A DNA stretch of 64,000 nucleotides from Lingula anatina (Eukaryota; Animalia; Brachiopoda), in the NCBI GenBank assembly GCA_051362555.1, contig CM120640.1:18166001-18230000 (forward strand), read 5' to 3'. The notes below the pieces were generated by a model. It searched no databases and had not been told where the DNA came from. It saw only the letters and a list, made by a program, of their open reading frames with translations. Positions 39,201-52,607 of the stretch are shown in pieces (the stretch's first letter is position 1; each line of letters starts with the position of its first letter). Made by a program: the position numbers and the translations under genes.

Positions 39201-42200
39201 TGTAACATTTCCTGAATTACGTACCTCAGTTTCCAGCAAAGTGGGTTTGATCCTGAATTGTTCAGAGGCCATAGATGTACTTTTTTGGATGCAGGGTACT
39301 TGGTCCATATCGTCTTTTTTCAATGCTTGTGCTTTAGATACAGGTCCCATCAATAAAATGCTAGGGTCTATCAAGTCTTCTATGATGGAGGACATGACAT
39401 TGTCAGGGAAGACGCGTGATTTTCCATGGAAACTCTGTCTTAGCAAAATAATGCTTGGATCGATGTCCACAGGAGAAACAGAAAGACCCATGGTCTCACT
39501 TTGACTTTGCAGTGTTTCTTTTTTCCTGTCTTCTTTCGTGCTGCTATCAAACTCTCTTGAATGTTCTGTCACAGCTACATGTAAAAAGCTCTGGATTTTC
39601 TTGGCCTATATAAATAAAATTTTATCATTAATGTCAGTAAATAACAAGTTCTACAAAAGAAGGAAAACAAATTCATGAAGCAAAGTTCACAATTAGGTCT
39701 TTATCATATGATATGAAAAAATATTAACAAAAACTTCTTATAAGACTTAATGTACTTATGACTCTGAGAAATGCACAGTACCATGCACTCATTATTAAAG
39801 ATGCAAATATCACAAATAGCTGGTAAAATGAACTTCAGAAACGTTTGGTTGTAACCCGGAGAAAAAGTGTCAGTAATTGTTTACCTTAGTTTTCGGCAAA
39901 GTGGGTTCAATCTTATCTCGTTCTATTGTCAAAGAGGAACGTTTTTGGATGCATGGAATTTTACTTGTTTCTCCTCCCCCTTTCTTTATATTTTGATTGA
40001 CACTATCCACTTCCTCTTCTCCATCATCCATGTATCTTTTGACCTGTTTTTCTTCATCAGCTGTGGTAATGCTGGCTTTGGCGTTGCTTGATTCCCTTAA
40101 CTGTTTGGTTTCAGATATTTCCATTAGGCTTTTCGTGTTTTTTGCCTTAAGCAATGATTGATAATGGCATATTAGTGATCAAATATACAAAAAGCTCTTT
40201 TTAAAAGTGAGGTTTCTAATGAACAAAAATTCATAACGACTTTATAAATGATTTTTAGCCCATTACTGATCAAGTTTGCAACATGTTTAAAAAGATGAAA
40301 AGCTTTAAGTTAATTATATTATTACATATGTCTTCAGCAGTTGATTTCATGAGAAACATTAAGAATGTCAGTTTCATCGGTATATGTATTCTAACCCATG
40401 AAATCCAATTTATCCCTTATGACAGGGCATGCAACTATATCAAAAGCTATTAAAAATGAAAGACGTAACATTTCCTGAATTACGTACCTCAGTTTCCAGC
40501 AAAGTGGGTTTGATCCTGAATTGTTCAGAGGCCATAGATGTACTTTTTTGGATGCAGGGTACTTGGTCCATATCGTCTTTTTTCAATGCTTGTGCTTTAG
40601 ATACAGGTCCCATCAATAAAATGCTAGGGTCTATCAAGTCTTCTATGATGGAGGACACAACATTGTCAGGGAAGACGCGTGATTTTCCATGGAAACTCTG
40701 TCTTAGCAAAATAATGCTTGGATCGATGTCCACAGGAGAAACAGAAAGACTCATGGTCTCACTTTGACTTTGCAGTGTTTCTTTTTTCCTGTCTTCTTTC
40801 CTGCTGCTATCAAACTCTCTTGAATGTTCTCTCTCAGCTACATGTAAACAGCTGTGAATTTTCTTGGCCTATATTTATAAGATTTTATCATTAAGGATCA
40901 AGTCAATAACAAGTTCTCCAAAAAAAAATGAAAAATTTACAAAGCAAAGTTCACCATTAGATCTTTATCATATGATATGAAAAAATATTGACAAAAATTT
41001 CTTATAAGACTTAATGTACTTATGACTCTGAGAAATGCATAGTACCGCTTATTATTAAAGGTGCAAATATCACAAATAGCTGGTAAAATGAACTTCAGAA
41101 ACGTATGGTTATAACCTGAAGAAAAAGTGTCAGTAATTGTTTACCTCAGTTTTCGGCAAAGTGGGTTCAATCTTATCTCGTTCTATTGTCAAAGAGGAAC
41201 GTTTTTGGATGCATGGAATTTTACTTGTTTCTCGTCCCCCTTTCTTCATATTTTGATTGACACTATCCACTTCCTCTTCTCCATCATCCATGCATCTTTT
41301 GACCTGTTTTTCTTCATCAGCTGTGGTAACGCTGGCTTTGGCGATGCCTGATTCCCTTAACTGTTTGGTTTCAGATATTTCCATTAGGCTTTTCGTGTTT
41401 TTTGCCTTAAGCAATGATTGATAATGGCATATGAGTGATCAAATATACAAAAAGCTCTTTTTAATAGCAAGGTTTCTATGAACAAAAATTCATAACAACT
41501 TAATAAATGATTCTGGCCTATTAATATTAATGATCAAGTTTGCAACACTTTTATAAAGATGAAAAGCTTTAAGTAAATTATATTATTACATGTGTCTTCA
41601 GCAGTTGATTTCATGAGAAACATTAAGAATGTCAGTTTCATCGGTAAATGAATTCTAACCCATGAAATCCAATTCATCCCTTATGACAGGGCATGCAACT
41701 ATATCAAAAGCTGTTAAAAATTAAAGACATGTAACATTTCCTGAATTACGTACCTCAGTTTCCAGCAAAGTGGGTTTGATCCTGAATTGTTCAGAGGCCA
41801 TAGATGTACTTTTTTGGATGCAGGGTACTTGGTCCATATCATCTTTTTTCAATGCTTGTGCTTTAGATACAGGTCCCATCAATACAATGCTAGGGTCTAT
41901 CAAGTCTTCTATGATGGAGGACATGACATTGTCAGGGAAGACGCGTGATTTTCCATGGAAACTCTGTCTTAGCAAAATAATGCTTGGATCGATGTCCACA
42001 GGAGAAACAGAAAGACTCATGGTCTCACTTTGACTTTGCAGTGTTTCTTTTTTCCTGTCTTCTTTCGTGCTGCTATCAAACTCTCTTGAATGTTCTGTCA
42101 CAGCTACATGTAAAAAGCTCTGGATTTTCTTGGCCTATATAAATAAAATTTTATCATTAATGTCAGTAAATAACAAGTTCTACAAAAGAAGGAAAACAAA

Positions 42201-45200
42201 TTCATGAAGCAAAGTTCACAATAAGGTCTTTATCATATGATATGAAAAAATATTAACAAAAACTTCTTATGAGACTTAATGTACTTATGACTCTGAGAAA
42301 TGCACAGTACCATGCACTCATTATTAAAGATGCAAATATCACAAATAGCTGGTAAAATGAACTTCAGAAACGTTTGGTTGTAACCCGGAGAAAAAGTGTC
42401 AGTAATTGTTTACCTTAGTTTTCGGCAAAGTGGGTTCAATCTTATCTCGTTCTATTGTCAAAGAGGAACGTTTTTGGATGCATGGAATTTTACTTGTTTC
42501 TCCTCCCCCTTTCTTTATATTTTGATTGACACTATCCACTTCCTCTTCTCCATCATCCATGTATCTTTTGACCTGTTTTTCTTCATCAGCTGTGGTAATG
42601 CTGGCTTTGGCGTTGCTTGATTCCCTTAACTGTTTGGTTTCAGATATTTCCATTAGGCTTTTCGTGTTTTTTGCCTTAAGCAATGATTGATAATGGCATA
42701 TTAGTGATCAAATATACAAAAAGCTCTTTTTAAAAGTGAGGTTTCTAATGAACAAAAATTCATAACGACTTTATAAATGATTTTTAGCCCATTACTGATC
42801 AAGTTTGCAACATGTTTAAAAAGATGAAAAGCTTTAAGTTAATTATATTATTACATGTGTCTTCAGCAGTTGATTTCATGAGAAACATTAAGAATGTCAG
42901 TTTCATCGGTATATGTATTCTAACCCATGAAATCCAATTCATCCCTTATGACAGGGCATGCAACTATATCAAAAGCTATTAAAAATGAAAGACGTAACAT
43001 TTCCTGAATTACGTACCTCAGTTTCCAGCAAAGTGGGTTTGATCCTGAATTGTTCAGAGGCCATAGATGTACTTTTTTGGATGCAGGGTACTTGGTCCAT
43101 ATCGTCTTTTTTCAATGCTTGTGCTTTAGATACAGGTCCCATCAATAAAATGCTAGGGTCTATCAAGTCTTCTATGATGGAGGACACAACATTGTCAGGG
43201 AAGACGCATGATTTTCCATGGAAACTCTGTCTTAGCAAAATAATGCTTGGATCAATGTCCACAGGAGAAACAGAAAGACTCATGGTCTCACTTTGACTTT
43301 GCAGTGTTTCTTTTTTCCTGTCTTCTTTCCTGCTGCTATCAAACTCTCTTGAATGTTCTCTCTCAGCTACATGTAAACAGCTGTGAATTTTCTTGGCCTA
43401 TATTTATAAGATTTTATCATTAAGGATCAAGTCAATAACAAGTTCTACAAAAAAAATGAAAACAAATTTACAAAGCAAAGTTCACCATTAGGTCTTTATC
43501 ATATGATATGAAAAAATATTGACAAAAATTTCTCATAAGACTTAATGTACTTATGACTCTGAGAAATGCATAGTACCGCTTATTATTAAAGATGCAAATA
43601 TCACAAATAGCTGGTAAAATGAACTTCAGAAACGTATGGTTATAACCTGAAGAAAAAGTGTCAGTAATTGTTTACCTCAGTTTTCGGCAAAGTGGGTTCA
43701 ATCTTATCTCGTTCTATTGTCAAAAGGGAACGTTTTTGGATGCATGGAATTTTACTTGTTTCTCCTCCCCCTTTCTTTATATTTTGATTGACACTGTCCA
43801 CTTCCTCTTCTCCATCATCCATGTATCTTTTGACCTGTTTTTCTTCATCAGCTGTGGTAACGCTGGCTTTGGCGATGCCTGATTCCCTTAACTGTTTGGT
43901 TTCAGATATTTCCATTAGGCTTTTCGTGTTTTTTGCCTTAAGCAATGATTGATAATGGCATATGAGTGATCAAATATACAAAAAGCTCTTTTTAATAGCA
44001 AGGTTTCTATGAACAAAATTCATAACAACTTAATAAATGATTCTGGCCTATTAATATTAATGATCAAGTTTGCAACACTTTTATAAAGATGAAAAGCTTT
44101 AAGTAAATTATATTATTACATGTGTCTTCAGCAGTTGATTTCATGAGAAACATTAAGAATGTCAGTTTCATCGGTAAATGAATTCTTACCCATGAAATCC
44201 AATTCATCCCTTATGACAGGGCATGCAACTATATCAAAAGCTGTTAAAAATGAAAGACGTAACATTTCCTGAATTACGTACCTCAGTTTCCAGCAAAGTG
44301 GGTTTGATCCTGAATTGTTCAGAGGCCATAGATGTACTTTTTTGGATGCAGGGTACTTGGTCCATATCGTCTTTTTTCAATGTTTGTGCTTTAGATACAG
44401 GTCCCATCAATAAAATGCTAGGGTCTATCAAGTCTTCTATGATGGAGGACACGACATTGTCAGGGAAGATGCGTGATTTTCCATGGAAACTCTGTCTTAG
44501 CAAAATAATGCTTGGATCAATGTCCACAGGAGAAACAGAAAGACTCATGGTCTCACTTTGACTTTGCAGTGTTTCTTTTTTCCTGTCTTCTTTCCTGCTG
44601 CTATCAAACTCTCTTGAATGTTCTCTCTCAGCTACATGTAAACAGCTGTGGATTTTCTTGGCCTATATTAATAAGATTTTATCATTAATGATCAAGTAAA
44701 TAACAAGTTCTACAAAAGAATGAAAACAAATTCATGAAGCAAAGTTCACAATTAGGTCTTTATCATATGATATGAAAAAATATTGACAAAAATTTCTTAT
44801 AAGTCTTAATGTACTTATGACTCTGAGCAATGCATAGTACCACTTATTATTAAAGATGCAAATATGCAGATAGCTGGTAAAATGAACTTCAGAAACATTT
44901 GGTTATAACCCGAAGAAAAAGTGTGTGTCTCATTAATTGTTTACCTCAGTATTCAGCAAAATGGGGTCAATCTTATCTTGTTCCATTGTCAAAGAGGAAC
45001 GTTTTTGGATACATGGAATTTTACTTGTTTCTTGTCCCCCTTTCTTCATATTATGAATCACACTATCCAGTTCCTCTTTTCCATCATCCATGTATCTTTT
45101 GACCTGTTTTTCTTCGTCAGCTGTGGTAACCCTGGCTTTGGCGATGCCTGATTCCCTTAACTGTTTGGTTTCAGATATTTCCATTAGGCTTTTGGTGTTT

Positions 45201-48200
45201 TTTGCCTTAAGCAATGATTGATAATGGCATATTAGTGATCAAATATACAAAAAGCTCTTTTTAATAGTAAGGTTTCTAATGAACAAAAATTCATAACGAC
45301 TTTATAAATGATTTTTAGCCCATTACTGATCAAGTTTGCAACATGTTTAAAAAGATGAAAAGCTTTAAGTAAATTATATTATTACATGTGTCTTCAGCAG
45401 TTGATTTCATGAGAAACATTAAGAATGTCAGTTTCATCGGTATATGTATTCTAACCCATGAAATCCAATTCATCCCTTATGACAGGGCATGCAACTATAT
45501 CAAAAGCTATTAAAAATGAAAGACGTAACATTTCCTGAATTACGTACCTCAGTTTCCAGCAAAGTGGGTTTGATCCTGAATTGTTCAGAGGCCATAGATG
45601 TACTTTTTTGGATGCAGGGTACTTGGTCCATATCGTCTTTTTTCAATGCTTGTGCTTTAGATACAGGTCCCATCAATAAAATGCTAGGGTCTATCAAGTC
45701 TTCTATGATGGAGGACACGACATTGTCAGGGAAGACGCGTGATTTTCCATGGAAACTCTGTTTTAGCAAAATAATGCTTGGATCAATGTCCACAGGAGAA
45801 ACAGAAAGACTCATGGTCTCACTTTGACTTTGCAGTGTTTCTTTTTTCCTGTCTTCTTTCCTGCTGCTATCAAACTCTCTTGAATGTTCTCTCTCAGCTA
45901 CATGTAAACAGCTGTGGATTTTCTTGGCCTATATTTATAAGATTTTATTATTAAGGATCAAGTCAATAACAAGTTCTACAAAAAAAATGAAAACAAATTT
46001 ACAAAGCAAAGTTCACCATTAGGTCTTTATTATATGATATGAAAAAATATTGACAAACATTGCATTTAAAAGTTTTTGTACTTATAACTCTGAGAAATGC
46101 ATAGTACCGCTTATTATTAAAGATGCAAATATCACAAATAGCTGGTAAAATGAACTTCAGAAAGGTATGGTTATAACCTGAAGAAAAAGTGTCAGTAATT
46201 GTTTACCTCAGTTTTCGGCAAAGTGGGTTCAATCTTATCTCGTTCTATTGTCAAAGAGGAACGTTTTTGGATGCATGGAATTTTACTTGTTTCTCGTCCC
46301 CCTTTCTTCATATTTTGATTGACACTATCCACTTCCTCTTCTCCATCATCCATGCATCTTTTGACCTGTTTTTCTTCGTCAGCTGTGGTAACCCTGGCTT
46401 TGGCGATGCCTGATTCCCTTAACTGTTTGGTTTCAGATATTTCCATCAGGCTTTTGGTGTTTTTTGCCTTAAGCAATGATTGATAATGGCATATTAGTGA
46501 TCAAATATACAAAAAGCTCTTTTTAAAAGTGAGGTTTCTTATGAACAAAAATTCATAACGACTTAATAAATGATTCTGGCCTATTAATATTACTGATCAA
46601 GTTTGCAACGCTTTTATAAAGATGAAAAGCTTTAAGTAAATTATAGCGTGCGTCTTCAGCAGCTGATTTCATGAGAAACATTAAGAATGTTAATTTCATC
46701 AGTATATGTATTCTAACCCATGAAATCCAATTCATCCCTTATAACAGGGCATGCAACTATATCAAAAGCTGTTAAAAATGAAAGACATGTAACATTTCCT
46801 GAATTACGTACCTCAGTTTCCAGCAAAGTGGGTTTGATCCTGAATTGTTCAGAGGCCATAGATGTACTTTTTTGGATACAGGGTACTTGGTCCATATCGT
46901 CTTTTTTCAATGCTTGTGCTTTAGATACAGGTCCCATCAATAAAATGCTAGGGTCTATCAAGTCTTCTATGATGGAGGACACGACATTGTCAGGGAAGAC
47001 GCGTGATTTTCCATGGAAACTCTGTCTTAGCAAAATAATGCTTGGATCAATGTCCACAGGAGAAACAGAAAGACTCATGGTCTCACTTTGACTTTGCAGT
47101 GTTTCTTTTTTCCTGTCTTCTTTCCTGCTGCTATCAAACTCTCTTGAATGTTCTCTCTCAGCTACATGTAAACAGCTGTGAATTTTCTTGGCCTATATTT
47201 ATAAGATTTTATCATTAAGGATCAAGTCAATAACAAGTTCTACAAAAAAAATGAAAACAAATTTACAAAGCAAAGTTCACCATAAGGTCTTTATCATATG
47301 ATATGAAAAAATATTGACAAAAATTTCTTATAAGACTTAATGTACTTATGACTCTGAGAAATGCATAGTACCACTTATTATTAAAGATGCAAATATCACA
47401 AATAGCTGGTAAAATGAACTTCAGAAACATATGGGTATAACCTGAAGAAAAAGTGTCAGTAATTGTTTACCTCAGTTTTCGGCAAAGTGGGTTCAATCTT
47501 ATCTCGTTCTATTGTCAAAAGGGAACGTTTTTGGATGCATGGAATTTTACTTGTTTCTCCTCCCCCTTTCTTTATATTTTGATTGACACTGTCCACTTCC
47601 TCTTCTCCATCATCCATGTATCTTTTGACCTGTTTTTCTTCGTCAGCTGTGGTAACACTGGCTTTGGCGATGCCTGATTCCCTTAACTGTTTGGTTTCAG
47701 ATATTTCCATCAGGCTTTTGGTGTTTTTTGCCTTAAGCAATGATTGATAATGGCATATGAGTGATCAAATAAACAAAAAGCTCTTTTTAATAGCAAGGTT
47801 TCTAATGAACAAAAATTCATAACGACTTAATAAATGATTCTGGCCTATTAATATTAATGATCAAGTTTGCAACACTTTTATAAAGATGAAAAGCTTTAAG
47901 TAAATTATATTATAACATGTGTCTTCAGCAGTTGATTTCATGAGAAACATTAAAAATGTCAGTTTCATCGGTATATGAATTCTAACCCATGAAATCCAAT
48001 TCATCCCTTATAACAGGGCATGCAACTATATCAAAAGCTGTTAAAAATGAAAGACATGTAACATTTCCTGAATTACGTACCTCAGTTTCCAGCAAAGTGG
48101 GTTTGATCCTGAATTGTTCAGAGGCCATAAATGTACTTTTTTGGATACAGGGTACTTGGTCCATATCGTCTTTTTTCAATGCTTGTGCTTTAGATACAGG

Positions 48201-51200
48201 TCCCATCAATAAAATGCTAGGGTCTATCAAGTCTTCTATGATGGAGGACACGACATTGTCAGGGAAGACGCGTGATTTTCCATGGAAACTCTGTTTTAGC
48301 AAAATAATGCTTGGATCAATGTCCACAGGAGAAACAGAAAGACTCATGGTCTCACTTTGACTTTGCAGTGTTTCTTTTTTCCTGTCTTCTTTCCTGCTGC
48401 TATCAAACTCTCTTGAATGTTCTCTCTCAGCTACATGTAAACAGCTGTGGATTTTCTTGGCCTATATTTATAAGATTTTATTATTAAGGATCAAGTCAAT
48501 AACAAGTTCTACAAAAAAAATGAAAACAAATTTACAAAGCAAAGTTCACCATTAGGTCTTTATTATATGATATGAAAAAATATTGACAAACATTGCATTT
48601 AAAAGTTTTTGTACTTATAACTCTGAGAAATGCATAGTACCGCTTATTATTAAAGATGCAAATATCACAAATAGCTGGTAAAATGAACTTCAGAAAGGTA
48701 TGGTTATAACCTGAAGAAAAAGTGTCAGTAATTGTTTACCTCAGTTTTCGGCAAAGTGGGTTCAATCTTATCTCGTTCTATTGTCAAAGAGGAACGTTTT
48801 TGGATGCATGGAATTTTACTTGTTTCTCGTCCCCCTTTCTTCATATTTTGATTGACACTATCCACTTCCTCTTCTCCATCATCCATGTATCTTTTGACCT
48901 GTTTTTCTTCGTCAGCTGTGGTAACGCTGGCTTTGGCGATGCCTGATTCCCTTAACTGTTTGGTTTCAGATATTTCCATCAGGCTTTTGGTGTTTTTTGC
49001 CTTAAGCAATGATTGATAATGGCATATTAGTGATCAAATATACAAAAAGCTCTTTTTAATAGCAAGGTTTCTAATGAACAAAAATTCATAACGACTTCAA
49101 AGTTCACAATTAGGGTATGCAACTATATCAAAGCTGTTAAAAATAAAAGATGTGTAACATTTCCTGAATGATGTACCTCAGTTTCCGGCAATGTGGGTTC
49201 GATCCTGAATTGTTCAGAGGCCATAGATGTACTTTTTTGGATGCAGGGTACTTGGTCCATATCATCTTTTTTCACATTTTGATTGACGTAGTCCTCGGCA
49301 TTGTACTCAGGTTTAGTCACCACAGTTGAAAGTGTCAGATGGAAGGACTCCCGTTGCCAGGCATTGGCCACATCTTTAACTTTAGGTGCCGGTCTTTCAA
49401 AAGGGGGTCTCTGCAAATTTTGTGTCATAAATTTGTAACTGGGCAGGGACGTTCTCATCAATACAATTGGTTTCTTTCCATTGACGCGCTTTTTCTTTGA
49501 TATGGTGTTTTTTGTAACACTGCTAATCTCATTCCCTTTTGATTGTTTGGTGGGATAATGTATGACCAAAGGAGGTAAGTCACTTTCTGTTAGAGTTTCT
49601 TGGGTAACATCTGCCGAGGCTGCTGTCTCTAACTCAGTGTCCTCTTGCACTTTTGATAAGCTGTCTGTGGTCACTACATGTTTTTCTGGTGGCAGATTGG
49701 GGGAGTTTGATTTCTCCACCTGTAATAAGAATGACAGTAGATAAAACAGACATATTTCAAACATCAACAGTTAGTGATCATTAATGATCAAGTGATGACA
49801 GGTCCTAAAAATGATGAAATGGTATAAATGAACCAATTAACATTACAAGGTCTTCGTCATAATTTTCTTTAGCGAAAAAAATTGAGAAAAATTACTTTCA
49901 TAATAGATGTTATTTATTAGCTATGAAAGGTATTTTACCACTAATAACAGAAATGTGTCATAAATTTACCACAGTTTCCAGCAAAGTGGGTTCAATCTTA
50001 ACTTGTTCTGCTGCCACACCTTTGTCATCTGTGTTTCTTATGATTTGTTTTTTGTTGTCAACAGTAACAATGCTGGCTTTGACGACACCTTGTTCACTTA
50101 ACCGTTTGGTTTCAGGTATTTCCATCAGACTTTTAGTGATCTTTGCCTTAATAATTAATGATAACTTATTAATGATCAAGCCTACAACAACTTCTTTATA
50201 TAGGTGAAAAAATTTAATAAACAAAATTGAATCATCCCAGCAGACAAACGACATTGATTCACCGTTGAATCAACGTTAATTTTGGTGGATCAACGTTGAA
50301 TCAACGTAGAATCAATGTCGTTTGCCTGCTGGGATAATGCTTTAATAATTTATGGCTTAAAGGGATAATAACTCTCCGTATGAGATCTATATTTCACAAT
50401 AAAAACATTGTTAGTAACTCATAGAAATATCATATATTCTGTTTTACCACAAAAACAGCAGTTATAGCTATTATTCTGATATCTGAGCTTGTCTTTAGAC
50501 CACGTGACCTCCATTGATGGCTATACTCTGTTAAATGTATTATAACTCATGAAATCTAATGCATCGCTTATAACAGGCAGGCAACAGGCAGGCAAAGCTG
50601 CTAACAGAAGAAGATGGGTGTCATTTCTTAAATTGCTTACCTCAGTTTCTGGCAAAGCAGGTTTAATCTTTATTTGTTCAGAGGCCATAGAGGCACTATT
50701 TAGATCTTCACACACAGGGCTCAGGTCCTCTTTCTTCACATTCTGATTGACGAGGTCTTTGGCATTGTATTCGGGTTTGCTCGCCACTGTTGGTAGTTTC
50801 GGACTGAAGGACCTCTGTTGCTCTGTGTCGGCCACAGCTGTTACTTTCGGTGCTGGTATTTCAGCAAGTGATGCCTCCGAGTCTTGTGTCATGAACTTAT
50901 ATTTGGGCAGAGAAGATGTTCTCATCAAAATGGTTGGTTTCTTTCCATTTCCATGCTTCTTCTTCGATTTGGGGACTTTTGATAAACCGTCAGTCTCTTT
51001 TGTTGGATCATATTTGGGCAACTGAAAAAAGCCATTTTCCATTATAGCTTCTTGGGTTACAAGAGAAAGGTTAAACAGGTCATTGTCCTTCTCATCTGCC
51101 GAGGCAGGTACCTTAAAAGTCCCATCCTTTTGCATTTTAAAGAAGCTGGCTTTGGTCACAGCATGTTTTTTTGATTGTAGATTGAGGGACTTCTTTTTCT

Positions 51201-52557
51201 CCATCTGTAAGAAGAATATCAATAGATTAACTATACATATTCCAAACGTTAGTTATTTATTCTCTAAAACCGAGAGGAAAATTAAGTCCAAATGTCACCG
51301 ACTCCTGTTATGTATCTTAGCCTTACGTCACCCATTCCATCCAATTAATTTAACATGAGCATGTTTAAAAAAAATTTAAACAGATGTTAAGTATCCAATA
51401 TTTCTGAGATTTCCTTTCCTAGATTGTACCTGGTCTTTGATCCTATCTGAAATGTTCTTTATCTTTTCCCTGCTAAGGTGTTTAACCACTGGAATATCAG
51501 GCTTTTTAGTATTTTTGCTTCTCTTTCCTTCATCTCTCTGTGTTTCTTTTCGCACTTTTGATAAACTGTCTTTGGTTACAGTGCGTTTTTCTGATAGCAG
51601 ATTGGGTAGCTGAGATTCCGCCTCCTGAAATATATGTAAAAACGCCACTATATTAAATTAAAACATTACTAGTAAGTTAAAATTGTTCTCTTAACCTGAG
51701 AGGGACATATATGGTCACACTGATCCTTCATCTCTTACCTGAAGCATATTACCTTAAGTTTTATCATTTAGTTATTTACGATAACTATTTTCCTCTATTT
51801 TAAGTTGTACCTTCAGTGTTTTTGTCCCGTTTTTCGGGCTGGATTTAATGTGGTTTTTTCTGCTGAGACGCTGAACCACCGGAACCCCGTGCTTCCCGAC
51901 ATTTTGCTCTCTCGTCCTGTTAGATGTTTGCTCTTTAGATGTATGTTCAATCAGTAAAATGGTAGGGTCCCTCGCATCTATGCTGTTTGATACATGGCTT
52001 TGTCTGGGGGGACGACTGCGCAGCCTTGATAAAATGATGCTTGGATCAACGTATATTGGAGAGGCTGAAATAAGGCAGGTTTCGATCTGATGCTGTAGTG
52101 TGAGAAGGGTCTGATCTCCCAACTCGATTTCCTTCCCGCCAGTCTGTTGGACGACTCTGGCCGTAATTGGTTCTTTGGTATGCTGAGCACTCAAACTATT
52201 CACCTAAATTCGAAATAGATATTTTATTTAAAATACATTTTATGGATCTTAAGATTCCCTGCTTAAAGGTATCATACCTGGGATTTCCCCAACCTAATTG
52301 AATTTTCTTTGAATAAAATTTTCTCCCACTCACCAACCATTGACCGACCCGACCCTGCACTTGTAAATATAAATAATTTAGTTTTAAATTACTGCCCACT
52401 CACCAAGACCTCTATGTCTTCATAAATATTTCATAAAGAATTACATTATTTCTAATATATGCATCTGCTTAAAAGATTTATATTATGTAATTTATTGTTA
52501 TTTTATTATTTTCAATCAAGCAAACTATTCATCATCTATGTATTCACAACCGCGTCA

Positions 52558-52607
<50 letters not shown>

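Larger units (their letters stand above)
32561..49000 (-). repeat. Right exon-array block: ~1.26-kb X+Y units (10 X, 9 Y exons), partly ~2.53-kb dimers, interrupted by an LTR element
   Basis: For example X 32561-32821 and 48740-49000, Y 39225-39605; period of 2529 between ORFs 39870 and 42399. Confidence 0.88.

Noticed and set aside
5802-48946. Dozens of recurring plus-strand ORFs (MSVIVYLSFRQSGF..., MQGTWSISSFFNAC...)
   Set aside because: Antisense shadows of the minus-strand exons; the splice signals and phase consistency are all on the minus strand
2880-49000. CRISPR-like or other prokaryotic repeat-spacer system
   Set aside because: No unique spacers or cas genes; the DNA is eukaryotic with spliceosomal introns
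51694-51740. Possible 43-nt microexon (CAG|GTAAGAG...CTCAG|GTTAAG)
   Set aside because: In-frame TGA and length not divisible by 3; treated as intronic, although a poison exon cannot be excluded without RNA data
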